Assembly (NCBI RefSeq): GCF_004010195.1 | Contig: NC_057718.1 | Location: 69,433,098-69,497,097 of the forward strand | Length of the DNA stretch: 64,000 nucleotides | Source: Chiloscyllium plagiosum | Taxonomy: Eukaryota | Direction of reading: 5' to 3' | Shown: piece after piece, positions 13,421 through 24,234 of the stretch | How positions within the stretch are numbered: position 1 is the stretch's first letter | Layout of the letters: each line of letters begins with the position of its first letter | The notes under the pieces: generated by a model | What the model saw: the letters and a program-made list of their open reading frames with translations, nothing else | Told to the model about the DNA's origin: nothing | Databases searched by the model: none | Translations under genes and position numbers: made by a program

Positions 13421-15649
13421 TGCAATCGACTGAGGATCAAATTTAATTCCAGAAGGGGGACTGAAATATTTTGAGGATGACAGTGTTGTGGAGAAAATAA
13501 AGTACTAGGAGGGGAAAAAAAAAGAACAGGTGGAGCAGATGAGCGGCTGACTGGAACATTCTACTCTGTCACCATCTTGGCCAGTCCAGTTGCAACTTGC
13601 TATTGCAAGTTATCCAACAGAATATTTAACTTTTTCTTTGTTTGACTTGTATATATTTTTTAAAAAATCTTTTAAACTGTGAACCTTATAGCTTTATTCA
13701 TTCAGTAAATAAATGGGATTTTGGATTTCTTGTTTATCAAAAGAAGTTACTGGTCTCATTTGACATTATAACAATAACAGCATTCAAAACTACTTCAGAA
13801 GTTACACTGTATTATAATAGTATACTGAGCAAATTAAAATTGTCATTGACAATCACTTGCTAAGAAGTATGGTTGTCCACCTAGAAAATATTAACACATC
13901 AACACCTAGTGCTACAATACAAAATCTGAATCATAAACACTTTACTTCTGTTTCAGTAGCATCCTAAATATTTATATGTCATTAAGTTTCTGTCACAATA
14001 CTTGCTGGCAATACAGAACTTTATTCTATTCTCTAAATAGAATTTATGAATTAGAATTCTTGTGTAAGCAACCTCTTCAAGAAGCCATCTGGATCAGCCA
14101 AGAGTGTTGCTATGTGAGATGAACACGATGACAGGTCTTGGATGTTATGAGAAATGTCTATAAACTCTGTTAGTCTTGATTTATTCATAACAAATCTACT
14201 TTAGCCCGAAACCACTTGCAAACAGATTATTCAGAAAAAAAACTACATCAAGCTTCAAATTATTTTTGTTTATAATGGAGCTCAAACTTTCAATAGTGTA
14301 CCTAAACAAACATTAATTACGGTGACACAAAGGATATACTCTCTTGCCTTTGATAGTTGGTCAGAAACTGCTATTAGAATTTAACACAGCAGAACATGTT
14401 GAGCACCAAGGATCTCTAGCAGTCAGAAGTTAGTAATTCTGAGAGACCCCTTCTTGTTCAACATTGGAAAATATCCAACTGGTGCATGCATTTTTTCAAA
14501 TTCATTTGCAGGATATGGACATCGGTGACTGGCTAAACGCACTTGAGATAGTGATAGCGAGCTGTCTTCTTCAACTGTGCCTACCCATAATGCTGTTATG
14601 AAGGGAGTTCTAGGATTCTGACCCAGTGACAGTGAAAGAATGGTGATATATTTCCAAGTCAGGATGCTGAGGGGCTTGGAGGAAAACTTGCAGGTGGTGA
14701 TGCGCCCATATGTCCTTTTAGACTGATGTGGCCATGGCTTTGGCAGGTGCTGTTGAATGATCTTTGGCAAATTTCTGCAGTGCTTCTTATAGATTGCACA
14801 TACTGCTGGAACTGAGCATCAGTAGTGGAGGGAGTCGTTGTTTGTGGATGTAGTGTCCATCAAGTGGCCTGCTTTGTCCTGGATAGTGTCAAAATTCTTG
14901 TGTGTTTTTGCAACTGAACTCATCCACGGAAGTGGGAAGTATTCCCTCCTGACTTCTGCCTTGTAGATGGTGGTCTGGGGGTGAGTTATTCACTGAGTAT
15001 TTCTAGTCCATGACCGGCTGTTGTAGCCAATGTTTTAACATGGTCAGTCCAGTTGAGTTTCATGTCAATGGTAAGTCCCAGGATGTTGATATGGGGATTC
15101 ACTGATGGTAACCCCCATTGAATGTCAAAGGGCAGTGCTTTGATAATCTCTTATTGGAGTTGGTCACTAATCCATTGAGTTGGTTAACTGTCCACCAACA
15201 TTCATGACTGGTAATGGCAGGACTGCAGAGCTTAGACCTGATCTGTTGGTTGTGGGAACCTTTAGCTCTGTCAGTCATTTATTTCTTATCCTGTTTGGCA
15301 AGCAAGTTGTCCGATTTGGTAGCTTCACCAGATTAACACCTCAGTTTAGGTGTATCTGCTGCTGTTCCTACCATGCGCTCCCACACTCACCATTGAACCA
15401 TGGTTGATCCCCTGGCTTGAAGGTAATGGTTGAGTGGGAGGTGTGCTGGATCAAGAGGTGGCCAATTGTGTTGGAGAATGATTGTGCTGGAGAATGATTG
15501 TGCCATAGTTAACGGCCCAAAACACTTCATGCATACTCAATTGTGAGTTGCTAGATGTGTTCGAGGTCAGTCCCATTTACCACAACAATTGTGCCACACA
15601 ACATGATTGAGGGTAAAGGGAAAGGTAAAGGTGAGGTAAAGTCTCCATA

Positions 15650-15975
15650 TTAAGTGGTTAGCACTGTTGCCTCACAGCGCCAGGGAACCGGGTTTGATTC
15701 CAGCCTGGGCAACTGTCTGTGTGGAGTTTGCATATCCTCCTTATGATTGCGTGGGTTTCCTCCGGGTGCTCCAGTTTCCTCCCACAGTCCAAAGACATGC
15801 AGATTAGGTGAATTGGCCATGTTAAATTGCCCACAGTGTTCAGGGATACGCAGGTTAGTCAGGGGAAAATGTAGAGTAATAGGGGTAGGGGAATAAGTCT
15901 GGGTGGGATATTTTTCGGAGGGTCGATGTGGACTTGTTGGGCCAAATGGCCTGTTTCCACACTGCATGGATGCTA
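15650..15975 (+). mobile_element. HE1-type V-SINE
   Basis: agtggttagcactgttgcctcacagcgccaggga head, V-domain, tail ggacttgttgggccaaatggcctgtttcc. Confidence 0.9.
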
Positions 15976-16318
15976 TGATAATTCTGTAGGGATTCCAGTC
16001 TTATCAGACCATAGTCTTCTTTCTCATATGTGAGAGACATGACTGATGGTGGTCTAACCTAAGTATCACCATTCCTCAGGCGAGAGGAGAGGTTGGGGGT
16101 GGGGGTGAGGTGGAGAATCTTCATAGAAACCTCTGCCAGTCTGAAATTGAATCCATGTTACTGACATCACTCGGTGTCACTCACCAGCCATCTAGCCAAC
16201 TGAGCTAACTGACCCCCTTGATGATGGAGGGTATTCTCAATGTGAAGGTGGGAATTCATCTCCACAAAGTTAAAAATCACACAACACCAGATTATAGTCC
16301 GACAGATATATTTGGAAG

Positions 16319-16353
16319 CACTAGCTTTCGGAGTGCTGCTCCTTCATCAGGAG
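16319..16353 (-). ncRNA. Minimal hammerhead motif (family B) inside a fold-back insert
   Basis: Minus strand ctc-CTGATGA-A-GGAG-cagca-CTCC-GAAA-GCTA-gtg. Confidence 0.65.
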
Positions 16354-16544
16354 GAGTAGCACTCTGAAAGCTAGTGCTTCCCAATTAAACCTGTTGGATT
16401 ATAACCTGGTGCTGTGTGATTTTTAACTTTATACACTCCAGTTCAACACTGGCACCTCCAAATCATCTCCACAAAGGCTGTGTATTGGTCACTCTTACCA
16501 ATATTATCTTGGGCAGATGCATCTGCAGCTGGCAGATTGGTTAG

Positions 16545-16893
16545 AATCATAGGATGTGTACAGCGTGGAAACATGCCCTTCGGCCCAACAAGTCCACACT
16601 GACCCTCTGAATGTAACCCAACCAGACCCATCACTACCCTATCACTCTGCATTTACTCCTGACTAATGCCCCTAACCTACACATCGCTGCACACTATGGG
16701 CAATTTAGAATGGCCAATTCACCTGATCTGCACATCTGTGGATTGTAGGAGGAAACAGGGGCACCTTGAGGAAACCCACGCTGACACGGGGAGCATGTGT
16801 AAACTCCACACAGACAGGCGCCCAAGACTGGAATTGAACCGGGTCCCTGGCACTGTGAGGCAGCAGTGCTAACCACTGAGTCACTGTGACGCC
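16545..16893 (-). mobile_element. HE1-type V-SINE
   Basis: Full-length reverse copy. Confidence 0.9.
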
Positions 16894-18679
16894 ATTACGA
16901 TGAGATCAAATATGTTTTCCTCTCTTGTTGGTTCCCTCACCACCTGCTGCAGACCCAGTCTAGCAGCTATGTCCTTTAGCACTTGATCAGTAGTGCTGCT
17001 GCTGAGCCATGCTTGGTGGTAGACATTGACATACCTCACCCAGCGTGCTGCCCCCTTGCCAACCCTCAATGCTTCATCCAAGTGTGGTTCAACATAGAGG
17101 AGTACTGGTTCATCAGCAGAGAGACAACAATTCATAGTAATCAGGAGGAAGTTTCCTTGCATGTTTAACCTGATGCCAGGGACCTGCTGTCATGAAGCCT
17201 AGACTCACTATTGACAACTCCCAGGGCAACTTGTTCCTGACTATATACGGTTGTGCCACTTCTGCTGCCTCTATCCTGTCAGTGGGACAGGCCATATCAA
17301 TCGTGGTGATGGTGGTGCCTGAGACATTGTCTATAAGGTATGATTCATTGAGTATGACTGTATGAGGCTATTGCTTGATTAGTCTATGAGACAGTTCTCC
17401 CACTGGCACTAGCCCCCAAAATGTTAATAACAAGGACCTAGCAGGGTCAACAGGATTGTTTCTGCCAATTTCTCGCACCAGGTAGTCTGTCCGGTTTTGT
17501 GTCTTTGTTGAGGCTTTGTAGCAATTGATACAAATTAGTGGCAGTTGAGAGTCAACTACATTGCTGCGTGTCTGGAGTCACATGTAAGCCAAGTGTGAAT
17601 AGCATATTTCCTTCCCTGAAGGACATTAGTGATTCAGATGGGTTTTTCCGACAATTAACAGTGGTTTAATGGTGATCATTAGATTCTTAAATCCAGGTTT
17701 TAAATTCCATTACTCAAACCTGGGTCCCCAGACTATTAACTATGTTCCTGTATTATAAGACCATTAGGCCATGACCTCCCCACAATGGAAGCACTGACTG
17801 CATGATGTCTGTCCTTCATTTTTCTCCATTTGTACTTTTGAAAGTGAAGTTCCTCTGATCAACTGAAATTAATATATAAAAGCAAAATACTGAACGCTGA
17901 AAATTTAAAACAATTACAGAAAATACTGGAGAAACTCAGCAAGTCTTATATCATCTGAGAGAGAGAAATAGAGTTAACATTTCACATCTAACCTAACTAT
18001 TGTTCAGAACTAAAAATGGTTGGAAAATGGTTTTTTTTATACTTTTGACAAAAGGGGAGAAGTGGGGGAAACTGATAGGTAAGCCCAGTGCAAAGGTCAG
18101 AGCACCTGCTAACTGTGATGAAAGAGAGAGACGTAAAATAGGCGTGAAAGTGAGAAAATGGGTCTTCTTTGCTGATAGCAAAGCAATGAAGACACAAATA
18201 AGACTGTTGAGAAGGGAGAGATTGGGGGGGAAAGAATTTAAGGAAAATGGAGGACAGACCTTATATGGTCAGTTTGTTAAATTGTGGAATTCAATATTGA
18301 GTCCTAGAGATGTAAAGCAGAAACCGAGTGACCAAGTGAAAACAGATGTGTCGCTCCTTGAATCTGTATTGTGCTTCACTGAAACATTGCAGCAGCCTGA
18401 CTTCCATCCCCCATCCCCACCCACAACCTTACCTTGTTTATTTTGCTCTCAGCATGGAGGGGCTTACTTTCAAATTCAGGATATTGCTGTTCAGAAGTAT
18501 ACAGAATTCTGTAATGATTGGAACAAGGGCTAGGTAGATGTTGTTGAGTTTGAGATCCCACATTGGTGTTGTTTACCTGGGCCAATCAAAGGGCCCTGGC
18601 TGACAGATCCAACCAGGAGATTTAGAAAGTCTCCTCATTTTCAGGACTGGCTATGAACACGCTAGTCAGTCAATGTACT

Positions 18680-19230
18680 GTTGTGGTTGTGGGTTTGTTC
18701 GCCAAGCTGGGAAGTTGATTTGCAGACATTTCATCCCCTGTCTAGGTGACATCCTCAGTGCTTTGGAGCCTCCTGGGAAGTGCTGCTGTACTGTTTCTTC
18801 TGGAATTTATTTGGTTCCATTCCTTCTGCTTCTGGTTGCTGGTCCCAGTTGTTCATGTTAGTGGCCAGTATATTGGGTTTAGGTCTTTGCGTTTGTTGAT
18901 GGAATGCATGGATGAGTGCCATGCTCCTAGGAATTCTTTGGCTGTCCTCTGTTTAGCTTGTCCTATGATTGTTGTGTTGTCCCAGTCGAATGTTTGGTCC
19001 CTGTCATCTGTGTGTATGGCTACTAGGGACAGCTGATCATAGCATTTAGTGCCTAGTTGGTATTCATGGATGTGGATTGCTAATTGTCTGCCTGTTTGCC
19101 CTATAGAGTGTTTCATGCAGGCTTTGCATGAAATCTTGTAAATTACGTCGGTCTTGCACATGATGGATATAGGGTCTTTTGTCCTGGTGAATTGTGGACT
19201 CATATGCTCCCATATGCTCATTACGCTATA
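18680..19230 (-). mobile_element. Penelope-like element 3' end (GIY-YIG endonuclease remnant)
   Basis: ORF 18853..19233 DVIYKISCKACMKHSIGQTGRQLAIHIHE...HTDDRDQTFDWDNTTII...EFLGAWHS. Confidence 0.85.
18722..18761 (-). ncRNA. Hammerhead motif of a third PLE family (slightly decayed)
   Basis: Minus strand gca-CTGAGGA-T-GTCACC-tagaca-GGGGAT-GAAA-T-GTC-tgc, about 90 bp downstream of a GIY-YIG ORF remnant. Confidence 0.6.
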
Positions 19231-19538
19231 CATTCAAAATATTTCTATGTTGGAGGTTGGAGTGGGGACAGAGTTGTGGAGAATTGTCTTCAGAAAACCA
19301 TCTTTAATTTATCTGGTCTAATCTAACTATAGTTTATCCCTACAGTGCCGCCTTAGGTGGCATAGCAAGTCACTCAAGTCATAAAAATTCTGAGAAAAGT
19401 ATTTGTTTAACTTATTGATCACACTTCAAATGTTGCATCAGGATATGCAGTGCATTTGCATTAAACTTGAAATTGCTGATGTAACACCATTGTGGGAGAA
19501 CTTTCACATAAAGGGTTATAGTGACTCAAAGTGACAAT

Positions 19539-19573
19539 CACCTGATGAAGGAGCTTCGCTCCGAAAGCTAGTG
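19539..19573 (+). ncRNA. Minimal type I hammerhead ribozyme motif (PLE family B terminal repeat)
   Basis: cac-CTGATGA-A-GGAGC-ttc-GCTCC-GAAA-GCTA-gtg: intact core, 5-bp stem II, palindromic AGCT stem III, 3-bp stem I. Confidence 0.75.
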
Positions 19574-19780
19574 TGCTTCCAATTAAACCTGTTGGACTAT
19601 AACCTAGTGTTGCGTGATTTTTAACTTTGTACACCCCAGTCCAACACCGGCATCTCCAAATCAAGGTTAAGTAGAGTAGCAGAAGGCTTGTACAGAGCAT
19701 AACCAGCACTCAATCAACCACTGAGGGTGTGTCTAATATAAAAGGGAAATTTATCAAAACTGTACATAATGATGTTTTCA

Positions 19781-19960
<180 letters not shown>

Positions 19961-20064
19961 CTACCAAAAGCCTCACTTTCCATTTGTGATCTGAAATTTT
20001 AATCTATTTTTATTTAGAGGTTCAAATTTCTTTTTGCATTTCCTCCAAAATGCAAAATCACCGA

Positions 20065-20365
20065 GGGACAGCACGGTGGCTCAGTGGTTGCCACTGTTGT
20101 CTCACAGTGCCAGGGAAGCGGGTTCGATTCCAGCCACGGACGACTGTCTGTGTGGAGTTTGCATATTCTCCCCATGTCTGCGTGGGTTTCCTCCCACAAT
20201 CCAAAGACGTGCAGGTCAGGTGAATTGGCGGTGCTAATTGCCCATAGTGTTAGGTACATTAGTTAGAGAGAAATGGGTCTGGATGGGTTACTCTTCGGAG
20301 GGTTGGTGTGGACTTGTTGGGATGAAGGGCCTGTTTCCACATTGTAGGGAATCTAATTAATAATC
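20065..20365 (+). mobile_element. HE1-type V-SINE
   Basis: A box tggctcagtgg, B box ggttcgattcc, V-domain, tail. Confidence 0.9.
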
Positions 20366-20380
20366 TGATTTAATGTGCAT

Positions 20381-20648
20381 GATTTAGATTAGATTCCCTA
20401 CAGTGTGGAAACAGGCCCTCTGAAGAGTAACCCACCCAGACCCATTTCCCTTTGACTAATGCACCTAACACTATGGGCAATTTAGCATAGCCAATTCACC
20501 TGACATGCACGTCTTTGGACTGTGGGAGGAAACTCATGCAGACACGGGGAGAACTTGCAAACTCCACACAGATAGTCGCCAGAGGCTGGAATCGAACCTG
20601 GGATCCTGGTGCTGTGAGGCAGCAGTGCTAACTACTGAGCCAGCATGC
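20381..20648 (-). mobile_element. HE1-type V-SINE, tail-to-tail with the previous copy
   Basis: Reverse copy with (attag) tail at 20381-20395. Confidence 0.9.
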
Positions 20649-21944
20649 GATTTAATAGCTTCTTCCACTCCAGCAAGTATGTGTCTGGTTTGAGTGTCTA
20701 AAATACAAATGGTGACTAACTCACCACCCCTAGGCTGACCTTCTTAATGTGTATGTGGCTGGGTATTGCAATAAACAGCCCACTCACTATTTTTAAAAGA
20801 AATTATCGATGGTCAATAGAGATTGCTGCCAATCCAACTGGTGAGCTGCCATCTTCAACCATCTGGTATAGGTACATCCACAGTGCTGTTAGAGTTTATG
20901 GGTTTAGAAGTTTGTGTCAAAGGAACTTTGGATAGCTTTTGCAGTGCATCTTGCAGACAGTACACACTGCTGCCCCTATGTGTATTAGCAGTGGAGGGAA
21001 TGCATGCTGAAGGTGTTATATTGAGTGTCAATCAAGTCAGCTGCTTTGTCCTGGATAGTTTTTATGCACAGACACTGTTCTAAACTGAAGAGATAAAGAG
21101 GTGGGAAGGAAGCAGAAGGATGCCTTTCACGGGATGCCTTAATGCGCACTGGGGTCATCTCCTGCTCCAAGATGCTTCCCCACTCCCCATTATTCCTCTA
21201 CTGACCTCCAAAACACACCCTCAACATCTTGCCTACTCTCTGGGTTGCCAGATTTGCCCTGCCCAAAAGAAGCTGTGATCTACTGAGCCCCAGACACTGA
21301 AGTTTTTCTAGGTGCCTGCTTGTAGTCTCAGAAGTGATCTTTGGAGATAACAGCTAATCTGACTGGCCATGATTTCTTGAGGGTATGAACCAATGATGGG
21401 TGGAATTCCCATGATCCACCTGTTTGGCCTGTCCATTCACAGCAGATTTCCACTGCAGGTGGGTTTCTTTTAGGTGCGTCAGCTGCTGGCTGACTCTTGT
21501 AATAACAGGTTAGAACGGCGAAGGCCAAGCAGTGTGTACATTGCCCATCCACCTCACAAATGAAATCCAGCTCAACATCTTCCACGGTGGATCAGTGTCT
21601 AATGGTTCCAGTGAAGTATTTTCAACTGTTTGTTAGATTAATAGCGTGATGTGATTAAGTTACTTTCTAAAAATGTTTAAAAACTGCCAATGACATTGTT
21701 TAACTTGACAAAATCTTTCCTAATTTTAGATTCCACAAATGAGAAAAAGAATATACTATGTTTTTAACTTACCTTACCTGCTAGAAGCAGGGACTGATGA
21801 TAAAGTTTGAGGGACCCTGGGGCAGCACAGTTGTTCACACTGCTGTCCCACAATGCTGGGACCTGGGCTCAATTCCAGCCCTGGGTGACTGTGTGGAGTT
21901 TGTAAATTCTCCCTGTGTATGCATGGGTGTCTGCTCTGCTCTGC

Positions 21945-23270
21945 TCCACCACTTCCTCTGGCAGCTCATTCCATACTCACACTACACACTGCACAAAAAA
22001 GTTGCCCCTTAGGATCCTTTTAAATCATTCCCTTCTCATCTCAAATCTATGCCCTCTAATTTTGGATTCTCCCATCCCAGGCAAAAGACCTTGCCTATTC
22101 ACCTTATCCATGCTCCTCATGATTTTATAAACCTCTATAAAGATCACCCCACATTTTCCAATGCTCCAGGGAAAATAGCCCCAGCTTATTCAGCCTCTCC
22201 CCGTAGCTTAAACATTCCAACACTGGCAACATGCTTGTAAATCTTTTCCGAACCTGTTAAGTTTAACAACATATTTCCTATAGCTGGGAGACCAAAATTG
22301 AATGCAGTATTCTAAATGTGGCCGAATCGATGTCCTGTCAGTTGGAGAGTTGATCCATGTTACCTGGAGAACAGGGCAGCCAGGATAGGGGAGAGAGCAA
22401 TCTACAGGAGGAGGGAATAGCATAGAGTCCATGATTAGGAAAATTTATGAGGGTTACTGAGGTTTTAAGGGTTGTGGTGTTTCGGGGGTAGGTAGGGGAG
22501 TTGTTGGGGCAGCTGGTGGACAAACTCCAGGATTATGATACATTTGAAGTCTAAGGGAGAGGACACCTGAGAGAGGGTGGAAGTACATTCACCCTATTTA
22601 TATCTGTCATGATCTTATACACTTCTATAAGGTACCCCTCAGTCTCCTACGCTATAAAGACAGAAGTTCTAGCTTGTCCAAACTTTCCCTTTAACTCAGA
22701 CCCTTCAGTCCTGGCAACATCCTTGTAAACTTCTTCTGCACTCTTTCCAGTTTAATAATATCCTTCCTATAACAAAACGGAACACAGTACTCCAAATGCA
22801 GCCTCAGCAATGCCCTCTACAACTGCAGCTGAAACTTTATTGCTGGAACAGCACAGCAGGTCAGGCAGCATCCAGGGTATTGCTGGAACAGCACAGCAGG
22901 TCAGGCAGCATCCTCTACAACTGCAACATAACTTCCCAACTTCCATAATCCATGCCCTGACTGATGAAAGCCAGTGGGCCAAAAGCCTTCTTCACTGCCC
23001 TGTCTGCCTGTGACTCCACTTTCAGACAACCGTGCACCTGAATTTCAAGGTCGTTCTGTTCCACTGCACTCCTTAAGGCCCCACTGTTCACCATGAAACT
23101 CCTACCTTGATTTGACTTTCCAAAATGCAAGCCTCACTCTTATCTATAATAAACTCCATTTGCCATTTCTTAGCCTACTTCCCCAGATGATCAAGGTCCT
23201 GCTGCAATTTCCGATAACCTTCCTCACTGTTGATGTGCCAACTGCAAACTTACCTATCATGCCTTGTACA
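21945..23270 (-). mobile_element. CR1 LINE fragments
   Basis: RPHLEYCIQFWSPSYRK and HFGKSNQGRSFMVN...QVHGCLKVESQADRAVKKAFG. Confidence 0.8.
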
Positions 23271-23695
23271 TTTTGTGGGATATAGGTAAAGTAGTGTTAC
23301 TTCTGCAATCATAATTACTTATGCAAGGTAAATGAACTCACACCAGTGTAGAATTGTTTCAACCAAGAGCTGAGTCAACAAGAATGAAAACTATGTGAAG
23401 GAAATATATAATTGTTTTTGTATTAGCTAAAATGTGCATACAAGAATGAAATGTGCCTGCTAACAATGTTATAGACAAATAAGGTGCTGTGAGGATGTAG
23501 GTTAAGCCAGATATGCTTGTACAAACAGTAGTTATAAGCATTTGTTTCCCACTTCTGCAAAAACAAAAAAAACCCAATTAAAAGGTCATAAGGTTCAATA
23601 TGGTTGAGGAATGGGAGGAAATGTCACAAGTAAGGGAAATAGATGGCAGTGAAGGAGGATATACCTAACAATGGACCACAGCAGGATGTGGTGAA

Positions 23696-24012
23696 ATTAG
23701 ATTAGATTACTTACAGTGTGGAAACAGGCCCTTCGGCCCAACAAGTCCACACCGACCCGCCGAAGCGCAACCCACCCATACCCCTACATTTACCCCTTTT
23801 AACCTAACACTACGGGCAATTTAGCATGGCCAATTCACCTAACCCGCACATCTTTGTGACTGTGGGAGGAAACCGGAGCACCCGGAGGAAACCCACGCAG
23901 ACACGGGGAGAATGTGCAAACTCCACACAGTCAGTCGCCTGAGTCGGGAATTGAACCCGGGTCTCTGGCGCTGTGAGGCAGCAGTGCTAACCACTGTGCT
24001 ACCGTGCTGCCC
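23696..24012 (-). mobile_element. HE1-type V-SINE, full-length and apparently young
   Basis: CpGs retained, intact A/B boxes, (TAATC)n tail. Confidence 0.95.
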
Positions 24013-24234
24013 ACATAGCCAAGTAAAACTTGTACTTTGTTATGCACAAGGCCGGATAAGGCAAGAGATAAACAATAGTAATGGGCACCGGGTTTGGAGT
24101 ACTGAATCCTATATAGGATTTGTACTTGCTAAACTCTGCGTGTCTATTTTAGGCACCACGCTTGCATACTGATTGCTTCAGATCTTGTCTCGGGCTGAAA
24201 TTATTGAAGTGAGTGAGCTTTGTTTCTCACAATT

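Larger units (their letters stand above)
14500..17780 (-). mobile_element. Decayed LINE of a second family, interrupted by SINEs and a PLE fold-back
   Basis: Endonuclease-like NVYHQAWLSSSTTDQ...LGLQQVVREPTREENIFDL (16881..17162). Related 3' fragments at ~300-490, 1750-2140, 20850-21070, 39100-40620 and 54060-55020. Confidence 0.7.

Noticed and set aside
18000..18533. 177-aa plus-strand ORF
   Set aside because: Overlaps the antisense strand of a decayed PLE-like 3' region; no recognisable domain or splice context.
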